NCBI GenBank assembly: GCA_049724395.1 | Contig: JAUGWO010000046.1 | Location: 186,001 to 250,000 of the forward strand | Direction: 5' to 3' | Source: Spongospora subterranea f. sp. subterranea | Lineage: Eukaryota | DNA length: 64,000 nt | Shown here: positions 26,927 through 41,200 of the stretch, piece after piece | How positions within the stretch are numbered: position 1 is the first letter of the stretch | Layout: each line of letters begins with the position of its first letter | Translations under genes and position numbers: made by a program | Notes under the pieces: model-generated | Databases searched by the model: none | Told to the model about the DNA's origin: nothing | The model's input: the letters and a program-made list of their open reading frames with translations, nothing else

Positions 26927-27542
26927 TTAATGGAAATGCACCCGCCTATGTCTCAGTAGATGGTCTTGTCGAGAAAACCTCGATCTAAAGAATACCTGGT
27001 CAGATCAATCAAGATGTGACTTTTGCAGCCTTACTTGCATACGTCGCATTCGAGCGACCTTTCCCCTGTATGTATAAGGATGTGTCGCCTCAAATGATCC
27101 TTCCTTGTAAATCGCGAGCTACATAGTTTACATGGAAACCACGTTGTCTGACGGGTTCGCTTCTTCGGCGACGGATCCCGTCGATTTCTGTGAATTTGCT
27201 GGTGCAATTTGGCGACCGACTTGAGTTGCGATGCTCTTGATATTGGCACATGGGCGTTCAGAATCATCTGCAAATCGACATCAAGAAGTCTTCATGAGGT
27301 TTACAGTTAGCTGAAAAAATGGTTGAACTGACCATCCACGGCTCGAAAGCGTCGGTTTCACACTTCTTGTTGCTTTCCAGAGGCAAAAGAATAGCCGGCT
27401 GGACCGCCATGGGTACAGGATCTTTGACCTGATCAATCCCTTGACCATCAACGCTCAACAGAGAACGTCCTGGACACAAGGGCGCCTGATTGGGAAGCAG
27501 TTTTTTTCCTTTTTGTAAACGTCGGAAAGCTGACTCAGTCAT
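26927..27542 (-). CDS. C2H2 zinc-finger protein (two fingers)
   Basis: FPCKLCSSRFTRKDHLRRHILIHTGERSLECDVCK|SRFSRQDHLLRHRRVHFH with a canonical HTGE linker. Confidence 0.85.
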
Positions 27543-27601
27543 CGATCAAGCCAAAAGTGTTTTGAAAAGCGGTATTTACGATTGATTTGTCAGTGGCGTC
27601 A

Positions 27602-27913
27602 GGATCACGTTGACGAAGTAGGCCAGCCGTGAGGCTAACGCCGCCAGTCTTAGTATGGATTGCCCGGTCCCCTATCCTATGACGAGTGCTGCCCTCGTGT
27701 CGAAAGGGCAGTATTCCAGATTACCACAGGTCGTTCGTCCAGGCTCATCACGTGTAGTCGGGGCAGTGCCTGGTCTAGATTGTGACTGACTACGCCCTCA
27801 CATCTCTATCGCCGGGGGTACTCCTCGCCCGTTCCTCAACAAACACTGGCGGCACTCACCTCTCGTAGTCATGCTCATTCGATCGCTGCGATCAGAAGGC
27901 TCAGGCGTGACTC
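27602..27913 (+). ncRNA. Candidate structured non-coding RNA (family unassigned)
   Basis: ORF-free GC-rich segment with several nested helices, G-U pairs and a GNRA loop on the + strand (details in findings). Confidence 0.5.
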
Positions 27914-28661
27914 TGTCTTGTAGTTTCGGTTCTTCAGGTCACGGTTGATCGACGGAATGTCAGGCCTGTAGGAATCAGCAAAACAGCGAAGGTATTAGAC
28001 ATTTGAGGGCAAAAGATCAATTTGTGTTACGACTTGTTACCAGATCTATCAGAATAAGTTAAGCTGAAGGTGGAAAATGAAAATCAGGTTTCGCGAACGT
28101 GATGATATGAATGCTGATAACAGTGCTTGTGCATCGCGATGATTTGTTCAGTCATCGCTTCGGATGATGGAGCAATCAAGGTTCGAGCAGGTACCTAATT
28201 GCCCGCGCTGACGACAAACCCATGTAAGCCGGTAAAGTCGGCCAGGAAGGGAGAGCTGTAAACAAAGTCGTATCAAATTGAAACGGCCAATCAGAAAGGA
28301 ATCGTTGATCTCTTGAGCCACTCTGGCCCAGTTTCGCCATCAGGTTACAATACCTGTCATATCCAGGATATATATTGCTAAAAACAACCGAAATTATCGA
28401 CCAATTGAAAAAACTTTAAGTCAATTAAATTTCCGAACAAATGGGGTTCGTAGCAAGAGAAAATTTTAAATTCAAACGAAAATTAAAATTATGGCTCAAC
28501 TTGACTAATGAGATACCTAGTAAGTTACGCGTCTTCAAATGACGATTGCTGGTTGTCGTATAAATCCACAAAAACAACATGATTGACCGTATGACATAGA
28601 TATGATGTATTCTTTGTAAATCTAAGTGTTGACCAAATATCGAGGGAAGCCGGCAATTATT

Positions 28662-31446
<2,785 letters not shown>

Positions 31447-32249
31447 CTGAACACTAGAAGATAGTGATCAAGGGCGCTTCAATCGTTCTGATCCCTCAGG
31501 TAGCCCAGCTTTGAAAGCCTTCACAGTAAACAGGTTGCGCCTTTCAGATGACGTTCACTCGTTCAGTATCTGATCAATAATAAAATGATTCCAACTCCGT
31601 GACTGCGCCTCTCATCGTCGGCAGTTATTCGGAGGAATGAATCGGCCGAGTTCTTTCCCAACGTCATGTTCTTGTGGTCTGGAACCGATATTCGGCGCTG
31701 TGTTGCCGCCACATGTTTATGAAGTAGTATCACTATCAAGAACATATCTCTGTAGTGCTGTTTTATCTGTCGTTGTTATCACGCGCGGCTTATAATGGAA
31801 TCGTTGCAGTTTCCTATCTCTGTTTGTATCGAATGATCGGCATTTTCATGATAATAATATTACTTGAGCCTCTTTTGTACTGCTATAATTCGATCATATC
31901 CAATACTTTTGAAGCCTTGCTTGGAATATTAAGATTCAATAATTATACACCACTAATTCTGTATCAACAAAACCTCGTGTCGATCGTCACCCAAAACGTC
32001 ATCTAATCACCTTGACAAGGAGAGTTTTGCTGTTCACATACAACAACCGGCTTATGATGTGCTTCTGGAACTGCTTCAATCTATCACGAATTCGATGAAT
32101 ATTGTGAAGGCGGATTATTAGCGCCATAATTTATAGTAAGAGGTTTCGACGTTCGATTGTTTGAGTCGGGCAGAAATAGAAGGGCAGCGATTTACGAGCT
32201 CCGTGAATTCTGCAATAGGTATATACGTGTGAACGTGAGGTGAAAAGTA

Positions 32250-32746
32250 TCAATCAAAGTCTTTGCTTGTGGCTGGATCCGAGCCATCTGACATTGAGGA
32301 TGAGGGTGCAGGGAAATGCTTCAGTGATATCTGATGCCTCTTCAATTTGGATGCGTCTGGGAACCCTTTCCGACACACATGACATATATTCTTTGATTTG
32401 CCTAAATGCGTCCTGACATGGCGTTTCAAGCTTGTGGCCTCGTCAAACTTCTTCTGACATTCGGGGCATGACAGCCTACGACCAGTAGAAAGAGGTTCCT
32501 CTGAAAAGACAGCAACATCATTAGTGGAACGGAGCGAGAACTACAATTGGACGCACCTGTCGTCCACGTCATTACTTTCATATCGCCAGCGGCCGTTTTG
32601 ATCACTTTCCATTGCCTAATCCAGGACCTTGCTTTCTTCTTGACGGGAGTTTCATACTTCACGGCCACTTCGGCCCCGTTCATCTTTCGTTTTCCATTGA
32701 GGCTTTCGTCGCTGGAGCTCCCTGATATCGCATCGTCCATCGCCAT
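32250..32746 (-). CDS. Small C2H2 zinc-finger protein with YY1 REPO-like N-terminal motif
   Basis: Exon 1 ...RSWIRQWKVIKTAAGDMKVMTWTT; intron; exon 2 LSCPECQKKFDEATSLKRHVRTHLGKSKNICHVCRKGFPDASKLKRHQISLKH; stop at 32250. Confidence 0.8.
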
Positions 32747-33953
32747 CGTTTTTTTGGTTGAATTGCTGTGACCGGCTCTTGGCTGATTGTGTATGTCTAT
32801 AGCTAATGCCGCACCTTGTTCCTGCTAGGGTGCTGGTGGACGCGCTACGAATCTTTTTCAAATCACAGGTTGGCGACTGTTGAGACAACGTCTTGTGTAT
32901 GAACAGAGTCTCGAGATCAACTGTGCCGAATGGAATCGACCGATACGAGTCGATGTAATATAGGAGTAATAGCGAACTGATCGATCACTGTGTGGTTGCC
33001 TGGTGCGCCCCAGAAGTTCATTAGTCGCCGCCCAGCCATGACAACAGCCGGGGCGGGGCCCGCCGATGGCCGAAGCGCGTGGCCGATCGTGACCCATCAT
33101 CGTCCCTAAGCACAGGTATGATTCACCAACATGTAGACGTCGCTTGACCAAGTAAAAAACACCCATACTGGGGATATGAAAATATTTATTTGGGGAATCA
33201 TCAGATGAAGAAATTTGGTCTTGCCGGGGATCAATTCATGTGATTTCGTCAGTTGCCTTGTTTTCAACGGTAATCATAGGATTGCAGTTCATGATTTGAA
33301 GACCACTATTCTAAAGCAAGTCAGGGAACCTTCTGATTTTTTCCTTTCATTACACTATAATTTCAGACTACTTTACTTGCTGTCAACCTGGTTCAGGTTC
33401 TTTCCGGGAAACGCTTACTCAGGTGGTTCCGCGCCAACAAGCATTTGAAAAAAAGATGTTGTTTTCTCACAAAGACAATACAACATCAAAGTTGATGATG
33501 TTGAAAGAAGCTACTGATTCCGTCGCTTCCTGGCACAGTCTTGACAACTTACTCCGGTGCAGCTCTAGCTACCCGTTAAACAAACATGTGATATGCCAGA
33601 GAAATAGTACTGGATGGCACCATTGTTTTCCGCTGTTCCGGCAACGCCAGCATTTCTTGTCTTTTCGTAGACGCGTGCTATCGACTGCAAAGCCTAGTGT
33701 AAAACGCGCTCGATCTGCTTATCATTGGCGGACGATTATCCTCCGATATGTTAAACCTTAGTTGAATGGTGAAACAGCAGCCCGTTCCCCGTCCGAGTCG
33801 CACAAGAAAGTGTAACAAATCCAGTTGGGTTGACAATTAATAATGCCACTGTGATGTATCCTGATCAGGTACAGTATGATTCATTGATATCAGTGTAATC
33901 ATACGGCACGCTTCGTAGAATCATCATCATCATCACATAGCAACGAGCCGCAA

Positions 33954-34385
33954 ATGTCCATATCTGATGACGAATCCCTATCCTGGCACGAAACAAGCGG
34001 CGGTATGGACTACAGGGCAATGCCCCCTCCCGTTCCGGACAGCACAACGCCACAAACAGGAGAAAACAGCAATCTAGCTAAATACGCCATTGGAGCAACT
34101 GTTGGCGCAGCAGCAGTGCTTGTCCTACCAACAGTGGTATTGATCGGTGCCGGTGTAGCCGCAGGAGCCGCGGTTGTCAAGAGCGATAAAATGTCTAGTT
34201 TCTATGAGAAACACACAGGACGCTCTTCGTCAGCTGACGGATCGGCCGTAAGCAATGCAGTTTCAGCAACAGTGTCAGGGGCCAAAGTCGCAGGGAAAAC
34301 TATCGTGGAGCGAATCAGGAAGATGTCAGGAAGCACAAAACCGAAAACACCTCCTGGCTATTCTTCATTTGGAGAGCGAAACTAG
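33954..34385 (+). CDS. Small membrane protein with Gly/Ala-rich hydrophobic segment
   Basis: 143-aa intronless ORF; AIGATVGAAAVLVLPTVVLIGAGVAAGAAVV. Confidence 0.6.
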   Translation: MSISDDESLSWHETSGGMDYRAMPPPVPDSTTPQTGENSNLAKYAIGATVGAAAVLVLPTVVLIGAGVAAGAAVVKSDKMSSFYEKHTGRSSSADGSAVSNAVSATVSGAKVAGKTIVERIRKMSGSTKPKTPPGYSSFGERN

Positions 34386-34445
34386 TTCAAAAGCCATTGA
34401 GAAGTTCCAGAGAACGTTCGGCAGAAGAATAATAAAAAGCCCAGT

Positions 34446-35340
34446 TTACCATCCGTATTTTGCTTTTGCCAATTTCCTCCTTTCAGTTCCTTGCGCAGAC
34501 TGTTGCCGGATGTGCGCTTCCATCGCGGCTGCATTTGAAGACATGCTGCTAATATGATGACGCTTAGAGCCTTGCATAGCGGGTGCTACAGATGGAATCG
34601 TAGCTTGGTTAGCAGACCTACCAGTCAATGTGAGAAACACTCTCTCAAACTATAGCAAGCTATTACCATAATCCAGCAGCAATTACAGATTCGGAACCAG
34701 GTCCACGATTCATGATCATTGGATCTCTACTCCATTCTTGCCGGCGCAAATCATCCATACTGATATCAACAAAGTGGCCTTTCCGCATATCAAGAGCAAA
34801 AGAGCGGTCTGGAGCCTGCATGTCGCCTGCGCCGTTCATTCCATCGCTTCCGAAATTGACTGAGGTTTTGAGAGTGGGAGGCGGAATCAAACCGGGAGGC
34901 GGTTTGATGATTCGACCATTTAGGATAACTTCTGGAATATGATATGAATTTGTGATTGGAGGAAATGGTGTCGGTCCTTGATCATCTCCCATAAGAATCG
35001 CAGGGGGTGATAGGATTTGTGTGCCATCGTTTTCAGAATATGTATCGTCCGCTGCGTCAGTATTAATTTGCTTCAGAGCCGCGTCAGTATTAGTTTGCTC
35101 CAGAGCCGCGTCAGTATTAGTTTGCTCCAGAGTTGGGGATCGAGGCAATATTGCATCATCTATGGGAATTAATGGCTTATTTTTTTGTTTAGCTTTACTA
35201 GGCGGCGGAAGGGAGGAGAAACTCGGTTTAATAAGCACTGGTTGAGATTTTTCGGGGACAATAGCTGTCCTGACAGGAGGCGGCGTTAAAACTGTGTCAT
35301 CCTCATCCTCTGAATCATCGTATCTGACAAGGCTGTTCAT
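34446..35340 (-). CDS. PRCC: Proline-rich protein PRCC homologue
   Basis: Starts MNSLVRYDDSEDED, Pro-rich middle, C-terminal KRHHISSMSSNA...RRKLAKAKYGW typical of the PRCC C-terminal domain. Confidence 0.8.
35051..35131 (-). repeat. 27-bp coding tandem repeat x3 (LEQTNTDAA)
   Basis: gccgcgtcagtattagtttgctccaga repeated three times in frame within PRCC. Confidence 0.9.
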
Positions 35341-36479
35341 GTTGCGCAGACAATAATCAGCGTCTGCTGCGAGAATAACCCAAGTGGGCTGGTCACCGTG
35401 CAAAGGCCGGCAAGAATTGATTACAAATCTCCGTAATATTCCTTTTAGTTTTAGCCTTGTACTGTATAAACCCGGTTTTATTAATGTTTTTCAGCTATTT
35501 TGTGATTCTGTATTAGACGGAAATGGTTGTTCATAGATTGCAAAGTGCAGTCCATCCTTGAATGACCCACAGATTGAGTTTATGATTTTGACAATGAGGC
35601 ATGTTTCCAAATGCTGCATTATATCCTCGTCCTTGTTGGTCGAATGCACCAAATTGCTCTATTCATGAGAGAATTAATGCGGATGTGTTAAGCAGTTCAA
35701 CCTGGCAATCAATGCTATTGGGCATCAAAACCCAGCAATAGTTTCAATGAGTAGTTGTTGCTGTTTCGTGTTATTCATTGTTGTGAATCCTATTCTTCAA
35801 CTGTGCCCGATACGATTGCAGGCAATGTGATGGCTTTGCATCAAACAGCAATCTCAATTTCAATCACAACATCAGCGCTAAACCGTGTAACGCCCGATCA
35901 CTATCAGTTATTTTCTCCTTTGTCGAAGTCGCTTATTTCTACAGCACCTTATTTGGACGCGCTTATGTTTTTTTGTCAATTCCCACTTACTCTAAGAAAC
36001 CCACTACAGTACTTGATTATAGTTTCAAAGCCAAAACCAGATGAAAACGAGGTCATTTCCTCTCTTAAGAAACCATTTCTGTTCCTGTTTTACAATATCC
36101 CTGGAGACTATCCACTGAACGTGTCGTCTGAGATGTCGATGGAATACGCTCTCATCATCTATCCCCACAAATGCACTGACTCGCCGTGCAAAGAGAGATT
36201 TCGGTAGCGCCAAATTCAGTCCAAATTCATATGCTTAAGTCAAGGCTGAATCTAAAAAACGTGCGGCCTTCTTCAAATTCTCAGATCCAGCAGCTGTATC
36301 TAAATTCATTTTTCAGATTCAGATAGCTATCGGGATTCGTATTTTACGAGGAGTACTTCATGGATTTGATTCCCTGCGATCCACTTCAGGCTGGAATCAC
36401 TCTAAACCCAGCAGGCGCCAGTCACCGATTTACATTTATTTGTGGATTTCAAGTCCCCCAAGTTCCCGGACCGGGAAAA

Positions 36480-36695
36480 ATTGCCTGCTGTGATGACATT
36501 GCAATTCTTCGAACCGTTAACCAGATGAAACGTTTTTCAAAGGCAAAAAAAGACCTGCGATAAAAAATCGCTTGGAGCTTCTTTTAAAGACTTTCAGGGC
36601 AGATGAGATGGACTCAATGCGCAAATCCGTTGTAGTCGAGGAATTTACCGAACGTGAACAGCTGCTGCTGGACATTTCTTGCCTTATGGATGATT
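36480..36695 (+). pseudogene. Harbinger Myb/SANT-like accessory protein remnant
   Basis: DDIAILRTVN ... (frameshift) RLELLLKTFRADEMDSMRKSVVVEEFTEREQLLLDI, resembling the second ORF of Harbinger elements. Confidence 0.55.
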
Positions 36696-36722
36696 ATATG
36701 ATTATATCAGTCTCCAAACAAC

Positions 36723-36997
36723 TGTGGTGACACCACCCGGTTTAGTGACATGAGTCATGAAATCAAGGAGCGCGGCCGAGTCCTGATGACCTATGGTCAT
36801 TATAAAGTTTCGATTATATTATAGACAAATACATTAGGCTCCTCCTCCAACTCTCGCTCCTAACGCAACATTCCGCAGGAGCCTAAGGTATTTGTCTATG
36901 ATATAATCGCAACTTTATAATGACGATAGGTCATCAGGACTCGGCCGCGCTCCTTGATTTCATGACTCATGTCACTAAACCGGGTGGTGTCACCACA
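36723..36997. mobile_element. Foldback MITE with TGT...ACA ends and 4-bp TSD (Ginger-like)
   Basis: ~121-bp near-perfect inverted arms (36723-36843 / 36877-36997), 33-bp spacer, flanked by CAAC at 36719-36722 and 36998-37001. Confidence 0.85.
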
Positions 36998-37001
36998 CAA
37001 C

Positions 37002-37880
37002 ACGCCAAAAGTCAACGCCAGGTCTGAACAACCGTACGCTGGGTCTCCATAGATGTATTTGCCTGTAAAAGTGTTGCCTTTCGATCGCAGGCATTCTGAA
37101 ATCCGCTGAATTACAGCATCGTGTTGTCATGCCATCTGCCCTCAACAGGACCGAACATGCTAATCAGCAATCCGTCAGGTGTCGTTATTCCTTGGTAATC
37201 TAAGCAATGTCGACGCGGGTGACCATTATATACCGATCGCTGTAGATTTTCATGTGGAATTTGATCGCAGGAGTCCCTCGCACTAGGGCGGCAAATATAC
37301 TGTTTAGTTCCATCGATGAAACCCCAGATAGAATCTATTGGGGCGCCTTTATCGCGAACTGCTGCAGTATAAAACTCCAAACGCCGGATTGCTAATTTTT
37401 CGTTGAAGAATATAAGGTCTTTATGAGCTTCATAGATCAGGTTGATGGTTTTGTTGAAGATCCTTAATGAACAGGGAGGACATCGACCGAATTCGTTTGA
37501 TATTGTGGTGAGTCTAACTGGCTCAGCTAAACGACGACATAGCATAGCCAGAGCTTCGACCGCAGTTGTCCTGTCAATCTGATTTGTTTTTACAATATCG
37601 GGAAGCTGACGTGCGTCAGCCAGACGATACAGCTGACCGATTGTGAACCGGAATCTGATCTGATCAGAGCAGATGAATCGTCCATCTGTAAATTGAAATG
37701 ACGGCTGTAGTCGATTGCAATGACTCTTGAAGTTCAGAGTCGAAAGACATTATTTTCGAGAAGATAGGCAATAACTCTCAGAAACTTGGGCAGGTCCTGC
37801 CTCGCTGCCCGGCTCTGAAGAACATCATGCAGATGATTTCAAATGGCTTGGTCATCGTTGAGCTCTGGCGCAACGAACAT
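37002..37880 (-). pseudogene. Harbinger/HARBI1-type DDE transposase, disrupted and 3'-truncated
   Basis: RFRFTIGQL, EALAMLCRRLAEP, WGFIDGT, YNGHPRRHCL, PDGL...GPVEGRWHD, IYGDPAY; in-frame stops and frameshifts; catalytic E region missing. Confidence 0.85.
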
Positions 37881-38231
37881 CCCTGAAAGTGCAATAAGCG
37901 AATCTAGCTGAATCTGAATTTAAATAAACTACCGAAATGTGCCCCGCTACCTGGATCTAAATCTGTGTAATCCACCGAAAGTTCTTTTAGATGGAAAATT
38001 GCATATGACTGGATGCTATCTGAATCCGAATCTATAAATTGGCGCTACCGAAATCCCTCTATTACGGGTCAGCCGAGTCCCTTTACAGTCTCAGTCCATG
38101 AATTATGACTGCATGGCTGTGAGTCTATACGTTGCCCCTCATTCATCGTTCCTACCACATTCCACACCCAATTCCACTGCCCACTGCGGTTTTATTCACG
38201 ATTTCTGGGTCAAGGCGGTGGTTCGTGTGAG

Positions 38232-41200
38232 ATGGGTGGGCGGCCTGATGTAAACCCCTTGTTGACTCGACACGTTTTGGATAGAACAAACAGCATCGCC
38301 TCCCTAACACAATCAGGAATTTTCGTCAGTGGTTTAGCGGAAGGCGGCGGTGAAGCGGATGTTGGAGGTAAACCTGATTCTTCAGATGACGCTGACGATT
38401 TATCTGAAAATGAACCTTTTGGGAAACAATATTCTGAAAACGAACAACTTGTCGAAGAGCTTGCAGAATGTGGGAATTCCTCTTGTCGCTTAACAGAACG
38501 GATTGGTGATGCTGAAACTGGTACTGCCCTCAAAGTGAACAATACGTTAATTGGTACGAACTCTGTGGACATTTATGAACGCCAGCCGGTTGACTCCAAT
38601 CTTCCATCAAAAACGAAAGGAATATATAGACAAGTGGAAATTATGGATCAGGCGACAAACTCCCAAAACAGGTAGGCTGATATTGTGAGACAACCCGCTC
38701 AACATTTGATTTGTGTGGGTAGATTTTGTGACAATACTGTTACTACATCGAAGTACACGATGCTGAATTTCGTGCCGAAATGTTTGTTCGAGCAATTTCG
38801 TCGTGCCGCCAACGTCTATTTTTTGATCATTTCACTGCTTCAAGTACGTGCAAGTCTACCACCGTCAATGTGTTTCCTTCTTTCCAAACAAAGTTGCTTT
38901 AGGTCGGTACTAATCTGTCTCCAACCAGTAAATACGCGACGATCGTTCCCCTGATGGGCGTCGTTAGTGTCACAATGATCAAAGAAGCCATTGAGGATTA
39001 TGTATATCAGACTGGTTTGTCGTAAAACTTCTGCCAACTATAATTATCATAGCAACGACACCTTGCTGATAGAGCAGTAAATTCCAACATGACCAAAGTG
39101 GTGGACCGTAATGGAGGTCTTTTGGAGGTGTCATGGCGGGATGTTCGAGTCGGCGACATTCTCGAACTCACTGACGGAGATGAAGTATGCTGCGATGGCG
39201 TATTGTTGTCTTCATGCACTGATCAAGGACTTGCATATGTTGAAACTTCATGTCTTGATGGCGAGGTTGGCCAGCAAGGCCACTCGCAAAGGGATTTACT
39301 CACCTTGTTTCTTCAGACTAACCTCAAAGTTCGCGAGTCATGTCATCAAACATCGCGGCTTAGGGCGCCAGCGGCTTTGGCAAAGCTTCACGGTTCTCTG
39401 CAGTGTGAGTTGCCAAATGCGAATATGTACAGATTCCGTGGGTCTCTTCAAATTACGAGTTTTGGCGAGGAAACAACAGATCAAACCTCATTGAAACTTA
39501 AAGAAGCTGCTCTTCAAAATGTAATATTCCGGGGTTCATTTTTAAAGAACTCGCCACGAGCCTATATACTTGTTGTTTATACTGGTAAAGATACTAAGCA
39601 AGTTCTAAATACTCGTGCGGCTCCATCCAAACGAAGCAACATTGATCAATTGATCAATTCAACAATATTCTTGGTGTTTTTGACGTTAGTGGCCATGTGC
39701 ACCATCAGTACAATCTTGTTCTCGATCTGGGTCAAGTCCAATTCTGGCCGTGATGCCGTATGGTACTTGCCATTCTTAACGGACAATGCGACATCGAGCA
39801 AATTGACCTCGTTCATCACTTTCTTAATCTTATACAATAATCTGGTCCCCATCTCTCTATACGTCACTCTTGAAATTGTCAAAATGATACAAGCTGCACT
39901 CATTGATAGCGATATCCGCATGTTCTATAGTTCCAAAAAGATGGCGGCTCAAGCAAGGACATCGAATTTGAATGAAGATCTTGGGCAGATTGAACATATT
40001 TTTTGCGACAAAACTGGAACTTTAACTTGCAACAGTATGGTGTTTCGTGAATGTGCTGTCAATGGTGTTATATATGATGCATGCCCCACGAAACACACAG
40101 CAGTTAGCTCAATCAAGTTTAAAAGAAGCAAGCCCGGTTATGTCTTAGCCGAGATAATCAAAGGCGGCCCGAGTGTCGAACGAGACTTTTTAAGAGTCAT
40201 GTCGCTGTGCCATACAGTACTACCAAATATTGTGAAGGTTAGATTGGCCCTTTTCTGGTTGTCCCTTATCATAACTTCGAAATTCTAGGCTAAAGGCAGA
40301 TTGGTTCATCGCTGGCAGGCCTCATCCCCGGACGAGGAAGCCCTTGTGGTCGGTTCAATAGGATATGTAAGAGGAATTGCAAACAATCACTATCGGCAAA
40401 ACTGACACTGTATGGGTCAGGGATACCGATTACTTCGCCGCAACCATAACAGCCTCGTTGTGAATATCGAATCTGGCATCAGCAGCACCGAAGCCGAATT
40501 CAAATTACTAAGCGTGATCGAGTTTACAAGCCAGCGAAAATGCATGTCGATCGTCGTGCGGACACCTGAGAATGTATTGATGCTGCTCTGTAAGGGCGCA
40601 GACGATGTAATATTGAGCAAAATGGCTCCTGGGCAAGAGTCAAAAATCAAATCGGCGCAATCGTGCTTGCATCGGTTTGCAACCAAGGGTTTGCGAACCC
40701 TTGTTATGGCACAAGCAGTTCTTGATGATGAATTTTATGTTGAATGGAACTGCCGTTATCAACAAGCACGGAATTCTCTTTCCTCAGATAAAGACGAACA
40801 ATTGGAAATTTTGGCGAATGAGGTTGAGGTCGACTTGTCACTGTTAGGCATCTCCGGGATTGAAGATCGATTGCAAGCAGGGGTGCCTGAAGCTATTCGT
40901 TTGCTTCTGGCTGCTAATATCAAGCTTTGGGTCTTGACTGGAGATAAGATTGAAACAGCCGTCAATATAGGAAAGTCGTCTTCTATGCTTTCAAAAAATA
41001 TGCAAGTATTGCGGTTCACTTCATTTTCAGAAAACGACATCGACGCTGCGTTAAGAACATGCGAGATTGGGGCCATGGCTGCAAATAAGAAACAAGTACC
41101 ATTGGGCATGGTTATTGACGGGTCAGTTCGTTCACTCTTGGAGTCTTAAAATCTGTTTTTACCTCAACTTATTAATTAGACGCACGCTAACACTCATTCT

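Larger units (their letters stand above)
36192..38060. mobile_element. Decayed PIF/Harbinger DNA transposon
   Basis: 22-bp TIR AGAG(A/G)GATTTCGGTAGCGCCAA at 36192-36213 and 38039-38060; encloses convergent remnants of an accessory gene (+) and a DDE transposase (-); no clean TSD seen. Confidence 0.85.

Noticed and set aside
27678..27710. Hammerhead core (ATGACGAG...CGAAA)
   Set aside because: The first core base is A, not C, and these bases are sequestered in a stronger 12-bp hairpin; stems I and III were not found.
35500..36190. Mutator-like transposase relic (ITDSDRAL on the minus strand)
   Set aside because: Single short motif amid many stops; cannot be supported without a profile search.
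36780..36815. Hammerhead ribozyme or C/D snoRNA (CTGATGA)
   Set aside because: No stem II followed by GAAA and no NUH site; the motif is simply part of the MITE inverted arm.
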